From a virus (Duplodnaviria > Caudoviricetes), in IMG/VR virus record IMGVR_UViG_3300029305_003178, positions 128,001 to 192,000 of that record: DNA of 64,000 nucleotides; one strand, written 5' to 3'. The stretch's first letter is position 1; every line of letters begins with the position of its first letter. Of the stretch, positions 18,830 through 29,655 are shown piece by piece. The notes under the pieces are model-generated. The model had not been told where the DNA came from and made no database searches. It saw nothing but the letters and a program-made list of their open reading frames with translations. Position numbers and translations under genes: made by a program.

Positions 18830-21007
18830 TTAGTTATCAACACCATGTTTGATGCGTTCAATTTCTAATTCAAGTTTCTGCTTAGTACGCATCAACTGAT
18901 ATTTCTTTTCTTTATCATCGGAACCTCTAGCATCTTCAATCTTTTCATTAACGATTGTCAATTCAGATTCTAATTCATTAAGAATTTTTCTTCTTTCTTT
19001 AGCATCCAGACGTTTATCCTTAGCTATCATAGCATACATACCGATCAATGTCAGTAATGGAGCAATAATAGCAGCACCACCAAGTCCAGCTTTAATAAGA
19101 GTACCACCAGCAATAATAGCAATACCTCTAGTGATTAATCTAGAAATTTTTAATCTAAAACCACCAGTAATAATCTTTTCTCTTCTCTCATTTTTATCCA
19201 TTCGTTTAATATCATTAACAACTCTATTAACCATATTAAAGAAAGGCTGAGGAATTCTTTTAATAGCTGTAGTGGTACGTTTAATCTTAGAACCAGGTCT
19301 ACTAATACCATTAGTAGCTTTTCTAACAACTTTTTCAGCTCTAGCAGCTTTACCTGCAACAGTTTCTTCGACTATTTCAAAATGTGTATTGATATAATTT
19401 TCAAGTCTAGTTAATTTTTCGATATCTTCAAAATCTAAATCTCCTTCTTTGAAAATCATATCTGTAATCATTGTTTCAATATCGCTATAATCTGGATCAT
19501 AGTCATAAATTTCAGACGCAGGTCTATCTTCATGAATAATATCAGGTTGCATATCAGCAATACTTTCCATAGATTCAGATACACTATTTAAATATTTTCT
19601 AGCAGCGTTAATATTATCCATAGAAATATAATCTTTTGGCTTATATGATGGATTTTTGTCCATAACTATTCTAACCTGATTGTCTACAACATCTGTAAAA
19701 TATCTACAATTTAACTGAGATTTAGTCCCTGCTATATTTTTGGATGGTATATGATCATATGAGCACATTAAAAATACTAAATCATTATCAGTATAATTAG
19801 ACATTTTTTTAGGTATACTGTATTCAGTATTAAATCTGCTACAATCCAATACCATATACGAATTTGGAACCCTATTAAAGTTATTCATGAATATTTTATT
19901 TAACATATTGGCAACATCTTCAGATTCATCTTTTTCTATTAACCATGTTAAATACCAATTAGTATAAGCTTTTTTACAATCTGCAGCAGTTATTTTTGCT
20001 TTCGGTATATTTACGTTTTTTGAATTGGCTTTCTCTGCAGAATTTGCTTTACCTGTAAAGAAATTAATTAATTTTTTAGAAATTATTCCTTCCATTATCA
20101 TAGATGATTCGTTCACATATGCTTTAGTCATTCTAGAATTAGCTTCATTAATAGCAATATTGAATTTTCTCATATAGATTTTAACCAATCTATGTTTTGG
20201 ATATTCACCGCTAGCTAATGCTTTAGTTGCGTATCGCATTTCAATGTCAAGAACTTTTTTAAATGCTTTAAATTCATGTGGTTCACATTTATTATCAATC
20301 ATTTTATTAACCATAATAACAGGAAGATCTGTTATAAGATTAATAACATCCATTGGAGGATCATGTTTAAGTGCTTTTGCAAATTCTGTATTAGCTCTAA
20401 GTAAATCAGAATAATCTGAGAAATACTCTCTTTTATTATCCATTTTAACACGTCTAACTAACTCTTCATATTCAAAAATTGACTCTGGATCATGATTTAC
20501 ATTATAAATCAAAACATCCAATTCATCAGCGATATTAGACTCTGTGATGAATAATTTTTTCATATTGGATTTAGCAAACATGAAATGTGTTTCTTCTCTC
20601 AGATATTCTAATGATTCTTTATAACTTAACTGTTCGTTTACTGTAGTTAATAGTGATTCTAAATTAACTACATAGTCATTATCATCATCAATCATATTTT
20701 CAATTAATGATTTACAATCAGTTAATATATCTGCATCAAATCTATATGATTCCAACATGGATTTTGCATAGTCTGTTGTATCCATTGGAAGAGATATCAA
20801 CATATCAAAATTTTCAGCAATATAATTCCATGGTTGTGATTTAAATGTCTGCAAGAATTTAGCACACTCTATGGATGATGGATTATTAGTAATTTCAGTA
20901 TGCTTATTACTAAGAATAGTATCAACATCCATAGCAGCTTTTTTCTGTTTAGCTGCAAATATTCTATCTCTATTGATTTGCATTAAAATCACAGCTCCTT
21001 TCTTCAT
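18830..21007 (-). CDS. Putative inner-head (ejected) protein with C-terminal hydrophobic hairpin and coiled coil
   Basis: Many hydrophobic-x-E motifs; GIAIIAGG...IIAPLLTLIGMYAMI; late motif at 21016-21027. Real start is possibly ATG 20983. Confidence 0.55.
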   Translation of the reverse strand: MKKGAVILMQINRDRIFAAKQKKAAMDVDTILSNKHTEITNNPSSIECAKFLQTFKSQPWNYIAENFDMLISLPMDTTDYAKSMLESYRFDADILTDCKSLIENMIDDDNDYVVNLESLLTTVNEQLSYKESLEYLREETHFMFAKSNMKKLFITESNIADELDVLIYNVNHDPESIFEYEELVRRVKMDNKREYFSDYSDLLRANTEFAKALKHDPPMDVINLITDLPVIMVNKMIDNKCEPHEFKAFKKVLDIEMRYATKALASGEYPKHRLVKIYMRKFNIAINEANSRMTKAYVNESSMIMEGIISKKLINFFTGKANSAEKANSKNVNIPKAKITAADCKKAYTNWYLTWLIEKDESEDVANMLNKIFMNNFNRVPNSYMVLDCSRFNTEYSIPKKMSNYTDNDLVFLMCSYDHIPSKNIAGTKSQLNCRYFTDVVDNQVRIVMDKNPSYKPKDYISMDNINAARKYLNSVSESMESIADMQPDIIHEDRPASEIYDYDPDYSDIETMITDMIFKEGDLDFEDIEKLTRLENYINTHFEIVEETVAGKAARAEKVVRKATNGISRPGSKIKRTTTAIKRIPQPFFNMVNRVVNDIKRMDKNERREKIITGGFRLKISRLITRGIAIIAGGTLIKAGLGGAAIIAPLLTLIGMYAMIAKDKRLDAKERRKILNELESELTIVNEKIEDARGSDDKEKKYQLMRTKQKLELEIERIKHGVDN

Positions 21008-21095
21008 TATTATATTAAAATAATGTTTTTAATAGGAAAAATCACATTCAAATAAAAAGAGAATAGACTAAATTAATAGTCTATTCTCAATTATT

Positions 21096-23024
21096 TTATT
21101 TATTTTTAGACATATTGGCTTTGCATCTTGCAATATTTTTGTCTGTCTGTCGTATCAGTTTTCTAACGTCATTCTTAGCTGCTTCACGTGGTACATCTTT
21201 ACCAACTAATTTATTGCCAGTAATTTTTGAACTGATTTCAGCACCTGCAGGAATACCTCCAATATATGCTACAGCTACTGGAAGTCCTGCAGCTCCTGTA
21301 ATAAATGCTTGTGCCAGTCCTGCTACTATTAATGCATAATCTTTCCAGTTTTTATCAGGAATATTATTAGCATCTTTTAATAACTCATTAAGAATATCTC
21401 TAGCTTCTTCATATTTAATAATAGCTTCTTTATATCTACCTTTGCGTTCTAATGATACAGCTTGAGAATTAGCTTTTATAACTTTTGCTCTTTTTGTACT
21501 GAATACGTTTTTATTATATGCCATTAATGCAGATTTTGATTCCGTTACTTGCATTTTTTGCCTGGCACCTTTATTCAGTAAAGATTCTGTTAACTTCTTG
21601 ATGTTATTATAACTATAATTTTCTAATTTAATAGTATATAATGTTTCCATCAATGTATATTTAGCAACTGTTTCTGCAAATACTCTATCCATATCTAAAG
21701 ATAAAGATTCTTTAGAAGCATGACGACGATTATGTCTCATTGCTGCGTCTGCGGCAGTTCTATAATCAGTATATTTATCCCTGCTACTATCATGCATCAT
21801 TTTATGTGCGGAAGCTATCCCTTTATATTTATGATACATATCAGCACTATTCTTAGATGTACCTATATTATTTGGATTTCTTCTATCATCTCTTTCGCGG
21901 CTTGCATTATGACTATCTTTCGCCTCTTTAGCTTTTCTAGCTTTATAAGCATCAGCCTGCTCACCTTCTAAGATTTCATCATATTCTTCCTGCAAATATA
22001 ATTCATCATTAATTGTCTGATCATATTCTGCATCAGCAACATTAAAATCGTTATCATCGTCGTCATCGCATTCAGAATCAATAAGCTCATCTTCTGTGAA
22101 ATTAACATCATAAGACATATTAAATTCATCTTCTTTAGCCATTTCATCTTCATGTGTAGAACCGATAGCAACATTTTCCATTAAAAATTCTTCATAAGTA
22201 TCTCTCATTAAAGAATTAAATAATGTTGATTCCTCAATAGGAAGTTTATTTAAAACGATTCTAGCATATGCTTCATCTAATTTAGCATTATCTGTTACAT
22301 TTTCATCTTCGATCAGTTCAGACTCAATATCTTCAATTAATTCAGATTCTTTTGTCTGTCTTTCTTTTTCATCTCTAATAACTGTGATTACTTTATCTTT
22401 AACCAGTTCAGAAATTCTATCGATATCTAATTCTGTTTTCTTTTTATTAAAGATATCATAATCTTCATCAGATAACTCAAAATTTAAAGAAGATTTATCA
22501 TCACATTCTTTAAGCTTTTTGTTGCAAGCTTCTCTAGCAACGATGTCGCAGCAAGCTTTAACTTCTTTTAAGAATCTAGAATTAGTTTTTTCAATAGCTG
22601 ATTCTAACAGTTTATAACCACCATTAGCATCAATATATTCATCAACTGTTTTTCTGATATTATTTTCAACAGTAACTAAGAATTTTTTATCTAAAGGAAT
22701 AGCATTGTAATATGTTTCAAATACAATGTCTTTAAATAATTTAAGTTTCATATCAGCAAACCAATGATTTACACTAAGAGTTTTCTTAGTATCACATAAG
22801 GATGCCTCAACAACAGCCTGAGCTCTTCTCTGCTGCTGATAATGTTTTTCGAGCTGCTCTTCTTCCTGTGCTTCTAATTCAGCGCTTTCTTTAAGAGCAA
22901 TTTTATTTAATGCCTGATTTGCTAAAGTAGCATCTGACATAGCATCAATTACTCTATATTCTCTTTTAGAAAAAGAGTAAGATTCTACTCTACTTTCAGC
23001 ATTTCTAAATATATTCTCATTCAT
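21096..23024 (-). CDS. Putative inner-head virion protein
   Basis: 642 aa; LKES/VVEA/ILEG/VTES motifs; C-terminal hydrophobic segment; late motif at 23050-23061. Confidence 0.55.
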   Translation of the reverse strand: MNENIFRNAESRVESYSFSKREYRVIDAMSDATLANQALNKIALKESAELEAQEEEQLEKHYQQQRRAQAVVEASLCDTKKTLSVNHWFADMKLKLFKDIVFETYYNAIPLDKKFLVTVENNIRKTVDEYIDANGGYKLLESAIEKTNSRFLKEVKACCDIVAREACNKKLKECDDKSSLNFELSDEDYDIFNKKKTELDIDRISELVKDKVITVIRDEKERQTKESELIEDIESELIEDENVTDNAKLDEAYARIVLNKLPIEESTLFNSLMRDTYEEFLMENVAIGSTHEDEMAKEDEFNMSYDVNFTEDELIDSECDDDDDNDFNVADAEYDQTINDELYLQEEYDEILEGEQADAYKARKAKEAKDSHNASRERDDRRNPNNIGTSKNSADMYHKYKGIASAHKMMHDSSRDKYTDYRTAADAAMRHNRRHASKESLSLDMDRVFAETVAKYTLMETLYTIKLENYSYNNIKKLTESLLNKGARQKMQVTESKSALMAYNKNVFSTKRAKVIKANSQAVSLERKGRYKEAIIKYEEARDILNELLKDANNIPDKNWKDYALIVAGLAQAFITGAAGLPVAVAYIGGIPAGAEISSKITGNKLVGKDVPREAAKNDVRKLIRQTDKNIARCKANMSKNK

Positions 23025-23062
23025 TAGAATTGCCTCCTTTATTAGTTATTATCTTAATGTTT

Positions 23063-25774
23063 TTATATGCTATCAATGATAATATCGGATGTACCAATAG
23101 TTAAATACTCTGGTACATAATTTATTCTTTCTTCTTTTGTGAGAAGATCAAGATTTACAGTTCTATTATCAATTACCTGTATTGATGAGTCGTAGTCATT
23201 AATACTAATAAACTTCATATAACTTAAGTCTGCAAATTTATTTTCAAGTGCCTGAATAAGGTTAGAGATATAAATACTATTATTACCAGAACTCATATTA
23301 ACAGATTCAATATAATCTTTAATGAAGATTCTAATATCTCTAAATAAATCTTCTTCAATAGTACCATATACAGATTTAACCTGAATATGAAGCTTAACAT
23401 TTACCTTATCAAGTAACATTGCACCATCATCACCAATAGTAAAGTTTTTAGATCTGCCATAAGTATTAACAAACTTAAGATCCATTGAGAAGTTATTTGT
23501 TAATTTATGAATAATATCCTTTGCTTTAGTATACTGCTTTTTAAACATAGTATAGAATTCTTTAGTCAATTCTGGTGTCTCAACTATGTCTAATGCAATA
23601 AGAGGGTAGGATTGTACTTTAGTATAGTAATCATTATAAATTTCACCAGTTTCTTCATCAATTTCTAAATCACCTTTAGGAAGATAACAAGTAGTGCTTC
23701 TCATTAACTGTAAAGGTAAAATTAATGTAACTGGGAATGTTTTTGTACTGTATGTGTTAGTATGTGTGTAGTTTTCATTAGACTCATCATATCTATAATA
23801 AGTATAAATATTAAATACACATTCATCCATAGGAATAAGTTTAGATGGTAACTCTTCCCCAGTTTCAGTACTAATAAAGTTAGTAATTTTCATTTTACTA
23901 GCTCTAGTAATAGTATCGTCTGTATGAAGTTTACCTACAAATGTATATGTATTTTCATCCAAATTCCAAGAATCCAATGACAGCTCAATATATGCTGTAT
24001 CAGTTCCACCTTCTTCAACAGCAAGTCTAACTTTAAGATTATTATGTACAGTAATTGTAGTTTCTCCTGTTAAATCATCTGTGATTTCAGATACGATTGG
24101 TGTTTCTAATGTATCTATAGTTGGAGTAACAACAACTGTTACAGTATAATCATCTTCACCCATAATTGCATTTCTTTCAATATGAATTGTATTACAGATA
24201 AACTGCACCAATGACATCTCATTAACATAAGTATAGTCTAATACATATTTTTCATCTACCGTATTAAGATAGTATCCGATTATTGCAGGACTCTTAGAAA
24301 AATAAATTAAAAATGGATTCACATATTTAAATTCATCATCTAATGCCCTCGCCGTCTCTATCGTTTCATCACACAGCATAACAGCATTATCAAGAGAATC
24401 CCCATCATATGTATAAATATGACCAGGTTTTATAATATAAGTATTAGACTGTGTTAATTCAAGATCATAGTCATCTTTATCGTGATTTACGATTAATGTA
24501 TTTGTATGATAAATATCACCAAGACTATTTTTACATAAGAAAAATAATGTAAATAATCGTTCAAATATATCATCACGTTTTTTAATTACAATAATATTAC
24601 AATCACTATTAGGTGAATTAATATATGTAAAATACTGCTGTAAGTCATTTTCGATTGTAAATGAATCCACAGTTGAAAAATTCTTAATAATTATCTGCTG
24701 TAATTCAGATAATGATAATTCATTGGCACCATTAGAAGATCCACTAACTGGGAAACCAATAATAGTGATACTTGTATTGTATTCATAAGTTTCTGAAGTT
24801 GTTGTAATAACAACATCATTACCTGTATACTCTGGGAAGTTACCAGCATCACCAGTTGTTGTATAATATTCTATTCTAATATCTGAATTGTACTTTGGCT
24901 GGAAATAATTATCTCTTGTACTAAATGAGATAATTAATCTTTTGTCATCAGTTCTCTTATAATAGTAAAATGGTATTTTTAATGGTGATGTACCCGACAT
25001 TCTAGCTTCCATCTGTGTATAATTTATATCACCAGGGGCTTTATAGAATACATTGATACCTGCTAACTTATCATCAAATTCAATCTCAAATGTAGAAGCA
25101 TTGATACTATCATTAGTAATAATAGTTTCTTCTAAATAAAATTTAGTAACCTGATGACATTTAACTCTAAGTATTAAATATTTTATACCTTCATATACAA
25201 TTCTTTTAGTTACTATATAAGGATTAATAATATCACTAATAGAATTTTTATATACTGAACCCAATCTGTTAGTGCTAAATCTAGCTGTAAAGATATAATC
25301 ATCTTTATAAGGTCTATAATTGATTTTGATATCATAGTCTGGCATAAACTGCTTATCTTCTACATTTATAATAGTTTCAGAGTCTACGATAAATTCATAC
25401 AGATTATCAGAAATTGTAGATGCTGTATTAACTTCTTTTACTCTAGTACCATACTTAATAATTTCATCTTCCGGAATAAGTATAGCCATTTCACAGTCTG
25501 CAGCTGTACCAAATGATGTATTTAACTGAAATAATGAGCCCCAGTTATAGATAGTCTCTGGCAATACTGCAAGATGTGGAAACATTTCATTTATGTAGGT
25601 TGTTGTTGTATTAAAAGAGTCTTCGATTGTATTACCGATTAACTCTGTTGTATACCCCAATAAACCTATATCTAAATCATTAACTTCATCTTTATTAAAG
25701 TATTTTGGAGCTAATTCATTTATAGCAAAATCCTTTATACTATATAAGCTAGTATAATTTCTTGTTATAGCCAT
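23063..25774 (-). CDS. Baseplate wedge protein (T4 gp6-like)
   Basis: 903 aa; LLGYTTELIG..AVLPETIYN and IEYYTTTGDAGNF...SSNGANELSLSELQ patterns typical of gp6/baseplate-J-like wedges. Confidence 0.65.
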   Translation of the reverse strand: MAITRNYTSLYSIKDFAINELAPKYFNKDEVNDLDIGLLGYTTELIGNTIEDSFNTTTTYINEMFPHLAVLPETIYNWGSLFQLNTSFGTAADCEMAILIPEDEIIKYGTRVKEVNTASTISDNLYEFIVDSETIINVEDKQFMPDYDIKINYRPYKDDYIFTARFSTNRLGSVYKNSISDIINPYIVTKRIVYEGIKYLILRVKCHQVTKFYLEETIITNDSINASTFEIEFDDKLAGINVFYKAPGDINYTQMEARMSGTSPLKIPFYYYKRTDDKRLIISFSTRDNYFQPKYNSDIRIEYYTTTGDAGNFPEYTGNDVVITTTSETYEYNTSITIIGFPVSGSSNGANELSLSELQQIIIKNFSTVDSFTIENDLQQYFTYINSPNSDCNIIVIKKRDDIFERLFTLFFLCKNSLGDIYHTNTLIVNHDKDDYDLELTQSNTYIIKPGHIYTYDGDSLDNAVMLCDETIETARALDDEFKYVNPFLIYFSKSPAIIGYYLNTVDEKYVLDYTYVNEMSLVQFICNTIHIERNAIMGEDDYTVTVVVTPTIDTLETPIVSEITDDLTGETTITVHNNLKVRLAVEEGGTDTAYIELSLDSWNLDENTYTFVGKLHTDDTITRASKMKITNFISTETGEELPSKLIPMDECVFNIYTYYRYDESNENYTHTNTYSTKTFPVTLILPLQLMRSTTCYLPKGDLEIDEETGEIYNDYYTKVQSYPLIALDIVETPELTKEFYTMFKKQYTKAKDIIHKLTNNFSMDLKFVNTYGRSKNFTIGDDGAMLLDKVNVKLHIQVKSVYGTIEEDLFRDIRIFIKDYIESVNMSSGNNSIYISNLIQALENKFADLSYMKFISINDYDSSIQVIDNRTVNLDLLTKEERINYVPEYLTIGTSDIIIDSI

Positions 25775-25792
25775 TTAATTTACCCCCTAAAT

Positions 25793-27235
25793 TTATTTTC
25801 TATATCGTAATTTAAAAACATATGATCCAGAAGAATCTACAACAGTTTCAACAAATGGTGCATTTGTAAACGTTCTGCCAGTTGAAACTAGTTCTGGGTC
25901 ATATGTCTTAACATATGTTTTAGATTTTGAACTACCTGAATTCATATTAAATTCAGCTAATGTAACTGGATTGAAATCTTCTTTATAACCATATGCATAA
26001 GTTATATCTAAATCTGGCATTTTTAATACATCACCAGATGTCCAAGATGATGCAGAAGAAGGAGTATTTACTGGAAATACACCTGTATATTTAGACCAGA
26101 ATAATATGGTCTCACCATCTTCAGCACACAAGAAATAGTATACCGAACAAGCGTAGTCCAATATTCTTTCTCTGACATATATATTCTTTGGAGATATAAT
26201 ACCCCTATACACTTTTGAAATATAATCTATCCATGCTTTATGAATCTTATATACTCTATATTCATTATCATCAATATATCGTACAGAAAATTCACCTGCT
26301 GTCATAGATTCAATATTACTCATACCATATTTTAATTTATGACCAGTTAATGACTGAACTGTTTCATCGGTTTTTAATTCTTCATCTTTTAATTGGAATG
26401 ATCTAGCCATATTTGATAAAAATGGGTTTAAATCATGATTTCCACTAAATCCACTAGTGAGAGATTTTAATAACTGTGGATTATCATTATGAAGATAATA
26501 ATAAACAGGGTCATTAGATACTGCAGAAGATAATTTATAATGCCCTGACCCACCTGTATCATAAAGATTTAAATCTGGTCTTGTAAAAAATACATGTGCA
26601 AAAGATTTAGATAATTGAATGTCTGGAAATGCTATTTTAAATCTATTAAATTTATTAACCATATCAGATTTAATATCATTTAATTTACTAGCGGTTGTAA
26701 CTATATTTAAGTTACTCTCAATTATCTTCATATCATTTAATATGTCATTACCATAATTATTATAATAATCAGTTCTTTTATATGTGGTATATTTACCAGA
26801 TATTTTTTCTGCAGTATTAACCCCTCTAGCATTTTTTATAGCACTAGAACTAACTGCATTTGTGAATGTTATATTAGAACCTGGATCACTTGTATCGGGT
26901 ATAGTGATATAAACAGGTCCTTTACTAACTTCTTCTACATTATTAGGAACCTTGGCTTCTTCCTCTTCTATTAATTTTACTGATGTGAAGCAATTTAAAC
27001 TTTTACTTATACAAACGTACCCACTAGGAACACCATATAGCTGAGGATCCAATAATCTATAGTAACTGTTTGTACCACCATCACTAGCATCACAATAGAA
27101 GGTTTTACCATCTGGGCAATTTCTCATATATAAAACACCTAATATAGGTGCAGTACTTGACATCCCACTTCTAACAAATGAACCTGTATTATCACCATTT
27201 ACACGTTTAAATACACATTCATATTTCTTAGCCAT
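25793..27235 (-). CDS. Baseplate / tail-tube initiator-like protein, possible N-terminal SH3-like domain
   Basis: HVFFTRPDLN...SKYTGVFP tube-like pattern; N-terminal VRSGMSSTAPILGVL; late motif at 27275-27286. Confidence 0.5.
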   Translation of the reverse strand: MAKKYECVFKRVNGDNTGSFVRSGMSSTAPILGVLYMRNCPDGKTFYCDASDGGTNSYYRLLDPQLYGVPSGYVCISKSLNCFTSVKLIEEEEAKVPNNVEEVSKGPVYITIPDTSDPGSNITFTNAVSSSAIKNARGVNTAEKISGKYTTYKRTDYYNNYGNDILNDMKIIESNLNIVTTASKLNDIKSDMVNKFNRFKIAFPDIQLSKSFAHVFFTRPDLNLYDTGGSGHYKLSSAVSNDPVYYYLHNDNPQLLKSLTSGFSGNHDLNPFLSNMARSFQLKDEELKTDETVQSLTGHKLKYGMSNIESMTAGEFSVRYIDDNEYRVYKIHKAWIDYISKVYRGIISPKNIYVRERILDYACSVYYFLCAEDGETILFWSKYTGVFPVNTPSSASSWTSGDVLKMPDLDITYAYGYKEDFNPVTLAEFNMNSGSSKSKTYVKTYDPELVSTGRTFTNAPFVETVVDSSGSYVFKLRYRK

Positions 27236-27315
27236 GCGATCACACCCCTTTCTTATTTATTGGGTTTTTGTAGTTATATATTTGTTTCTGAGGGTATTTT
27301 ATAAAGAAAAATAAA

Positions 27316-27325
27316 TATATATTAT
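27316..27325 (+). promoter_or_regulatory. Putative early promoter
   Basis: TATATATTAT with an upstream GGTATTTT box. Confidence 0.55.
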
Positions 27326-27505
27326 ATATTCGAAATGTCGTTAGAATAAAAATGATATTTCATCTGAGAATTCATGACTGTCCCAATACTTTATTACTAT
27401 GAATATATTAAATAGAAGAAGTCTCCCGCAATTTGTTGTTATCCAGAAAACAGAATTTTAACTAAGCAGCTTTGTGGATTATACATTGATAAGGAGTGAC
27501 TTCTT

Positions 27506-27679
27506 ATGGTTGATAGTGTAATTAATTTTATAGATAATACATTGGACGGAATGTCTTTTGTTGCAAATATACTTTGTGATATTGAACAGTATGAGCAAAA
27601 TAATATAGGTGTTAGTCTTACAGATAGAGTTGTAGACTTATCCTTAGTAGCAATGTCGATAGGTAAAAAGAGTCGATAG
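27506..27679 (+). CDS. 57-aa protein missed by the ORF track
   Basis: AAGGAGTGA RBS; MVDSVINFIDNTLDGMSFVANILCDIEQYEQNNIGVSLTDRVVDLSLVAMSIGKKSR. Confidence 0.55.
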   Translation: MVDSVINFIDNTLDGMSFVANILCDIEQYEQNNIGVSLTDRVVDLSLVAMSIGKKSR

Positions 27680-27765
27680 TGTTGAATTTCTCGGATGTAA
27701 TATTTTTTTTCTCTGTTAAACATATTAATAAGTATTTGAAAATTAAATAGAAAGGTGATGATTTT

Positions 27766-29634
27766 ATGGGCTTCTATTCAGAAGTAAAAGATTTCATTAA
27801 AGATGTTAATGAAGATGAAGTGTTAACATCTGTATTAAAATCTAACCCCAGAAAAAATAATATTTCTAGAAAAGCCAGAGAAGGCACATTGCAGTTCCCT
27901 GTATTAGTGTCTAGAGCTTTAGATATAGATACAATGTCAATCGTCAACAAAGCCCTGGAAAGAAATTTTTCATCTTTTGTACAGATTGCGTTTTCTTTGG
28001 ATAGTCAGTTCCAGATTAAAGGTAAAAATAGTGCAGTAGATTATTTGAAACAGTTTCATTCAAATCACTATGTTGGTGATTTAGGATATATGGATTTTAT
28101 CTCAGAAAGTTTTGAAGATGTGTTTGAAAAACATGAAGCATACTTTGAAAACTTATCTGATATTAGATCTATTAAAGAGCTTGATATATTAAAAGAATCA
28201 GTTAATGAACTTATTGGTTCTATTTCTGAACCTGTTGATACATTTGCTGTTAGAAAGATTATTACAGAAGCATCTCATGCTTGCAATACTCTTAGAACAG
28301 AAAAATTTACAGATGATGAAAGTAGAATTTCCATTACTGAATCTATGAAATGGTTAAAAAATGAAGCAATGGGTATGTTAGATGAACGTACTGAAATTGT
28401 TAAAGCTCTTAAGGAATCTATGGGTGATTTGGCTAGTGAATACGTTACTGAAAATTTAGGTAATGGTATTATTGTATCTTTCAGTGTTTATGATAAAGCA
28501 GTTACTAACGTAATTCTTGAAAATAAACAACAGTTAGTTGATTTGTTAGAAGATATGAGACATGATGTTCTTAATGATAAATATAAACCTTCTACAGAAA
28601 CAGTTTATAACTTTAAGAATAAATATCTGTCTTCTAAATATAATAAACATACTGTTACTGAAGCAAAGCAATATAATCAAAGACAGATGAACCGTCATAG
28701 AGTTAAACAGGATCATGTCAATTATGAATTAAATAAAGATCAATTTGAATTTAATAAAGATAAATATGATAACGATAAACAGTATCGTGAAAAAATTGAT
28801 AAAGAACGAATGGATTTTGAAAAACAAAAATTTGATAAAACCATCGGATTAAATCAAGATAAAGTTAAATTAGATAAAGAACGAGCAGATTTTGAACGAA
28901 GCAAACATGCTTATAGTAAACAGAAAGACGCTATTGACAGACATGATAAGTACAATACTATCGAACTTAATAAAAATATGCTTACAGACAATGATGCTAA
29001 AAAGGCTAATGAATTAGTTCCTACTATGCTTCATGTTCGTATTCATACTTTGGATAAAAATAATGCTAGTGTTGGTATTGTTGACTTCAATGTAGGTATT
29101 AAAGCTATTTTACATCCAATCAACTCTGATGAAATGATTGCTAATGTAGTATCTGCTTGTAAACAGGGTGGTAATATCTTTAATTTCATTCGTTGGACAA
29201 CAGGTGAAATTAAATTTATTAAAGACTTCTTATTAGATATTGAAACAGTAAAACTGGATGTATATAATAAAAGTCATGGTGCATCCCCTTGGTGGACAGC
29301 ACTTAAAAGAAGAAAAAGATTATCTAAAGCAAATATCATTAGATCCAATAAATTATTACCTAATGCAACATTAGTTATTTCAGCTGAAGAGGCTGAATTA
29401 ATTAAATCAACATATGGGTTTGATTTATTTAATGCTACATTTGTAGATAAATTGATAGATACATACTTCTTACTCGGATTTGTTATTGTTGACAATGCTT
29501 CTCAGGTTGCACATTTTAGATTTGACAACGGTAGTAAAGTATTTGAAACAGTTCCTTTCTCATCTCTTGAAAGAGAAAATACAAACTCTGAAAGAAAGTT
29601 TAAAGATATGCTCAAAGTATTATCTAGAAACTAA
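27766..29634 (+). CDS. Virion structural / inner-head protein
   Basis: 622 aa; dense ISES/LKES/ITEA/ITES/VTEA motifs; late motif AACAtattaaTA at 27719-27730. Confidence 0.6.
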   Translation: MGFYSEVKDFIKDVNEDEVLTSVLKSNPRKNNISRKAREGTLQFPVLVSRALDIDTMSIVNKALERNFSSFVQIAFSLDSQFQIKGKNSAVDYLKQFHSNHYVGDLGYMDFISESFEDVFEKHEAYFENLSDIRSIKELDILKESVNELIGSISEPVDTFAVRKIITEASHACNTLRTEKFTDDESRISITESMKWLKNEAMGMLDERTEIVKALKESMGDLASEYVTENLGNGIIVSFSVYDKAVTNVILENKQQLVDLLEDMRHDVLNDKYKPSTETVYNFKNKYLSSKYNKHTVTEAKQYNQRQMNRHRVKQDHVNYELNKDQFEFNKDKYDNDKQYREKIDKERMDFEKQKFDKTIGLNQDKVKLDKERADFERSKHAYSKQKDAIDRHDKYNTIELNKNMLTDNDAKKANELVPTMLHVRIHTLDKNNASVGIVDFNVGIKAILHPINSDEMIANVVSACKQGGNIFNFIRWTTGEIKFIKDFLLDIETVKLDVYNKSHGASPWWTALKRRKRLSKANIIRSNKLLPNATLVISAEEAELIKSTYGFDLFNATFVDKLIDTYFLLGFVIVDNASQVAHFRFDNGSKVFETVPFSSLERENTNSERKFKDMLKVLSRN

Positions 29635-29655
29635 TATAGGAGGTGAAAAGTAGAC

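Noticed and set aside
27439-27723. 94-aa minus-strand ORF
   Set aside because: No RBS; overlaps the better-supported plus-strand ORF at 27506-27679.
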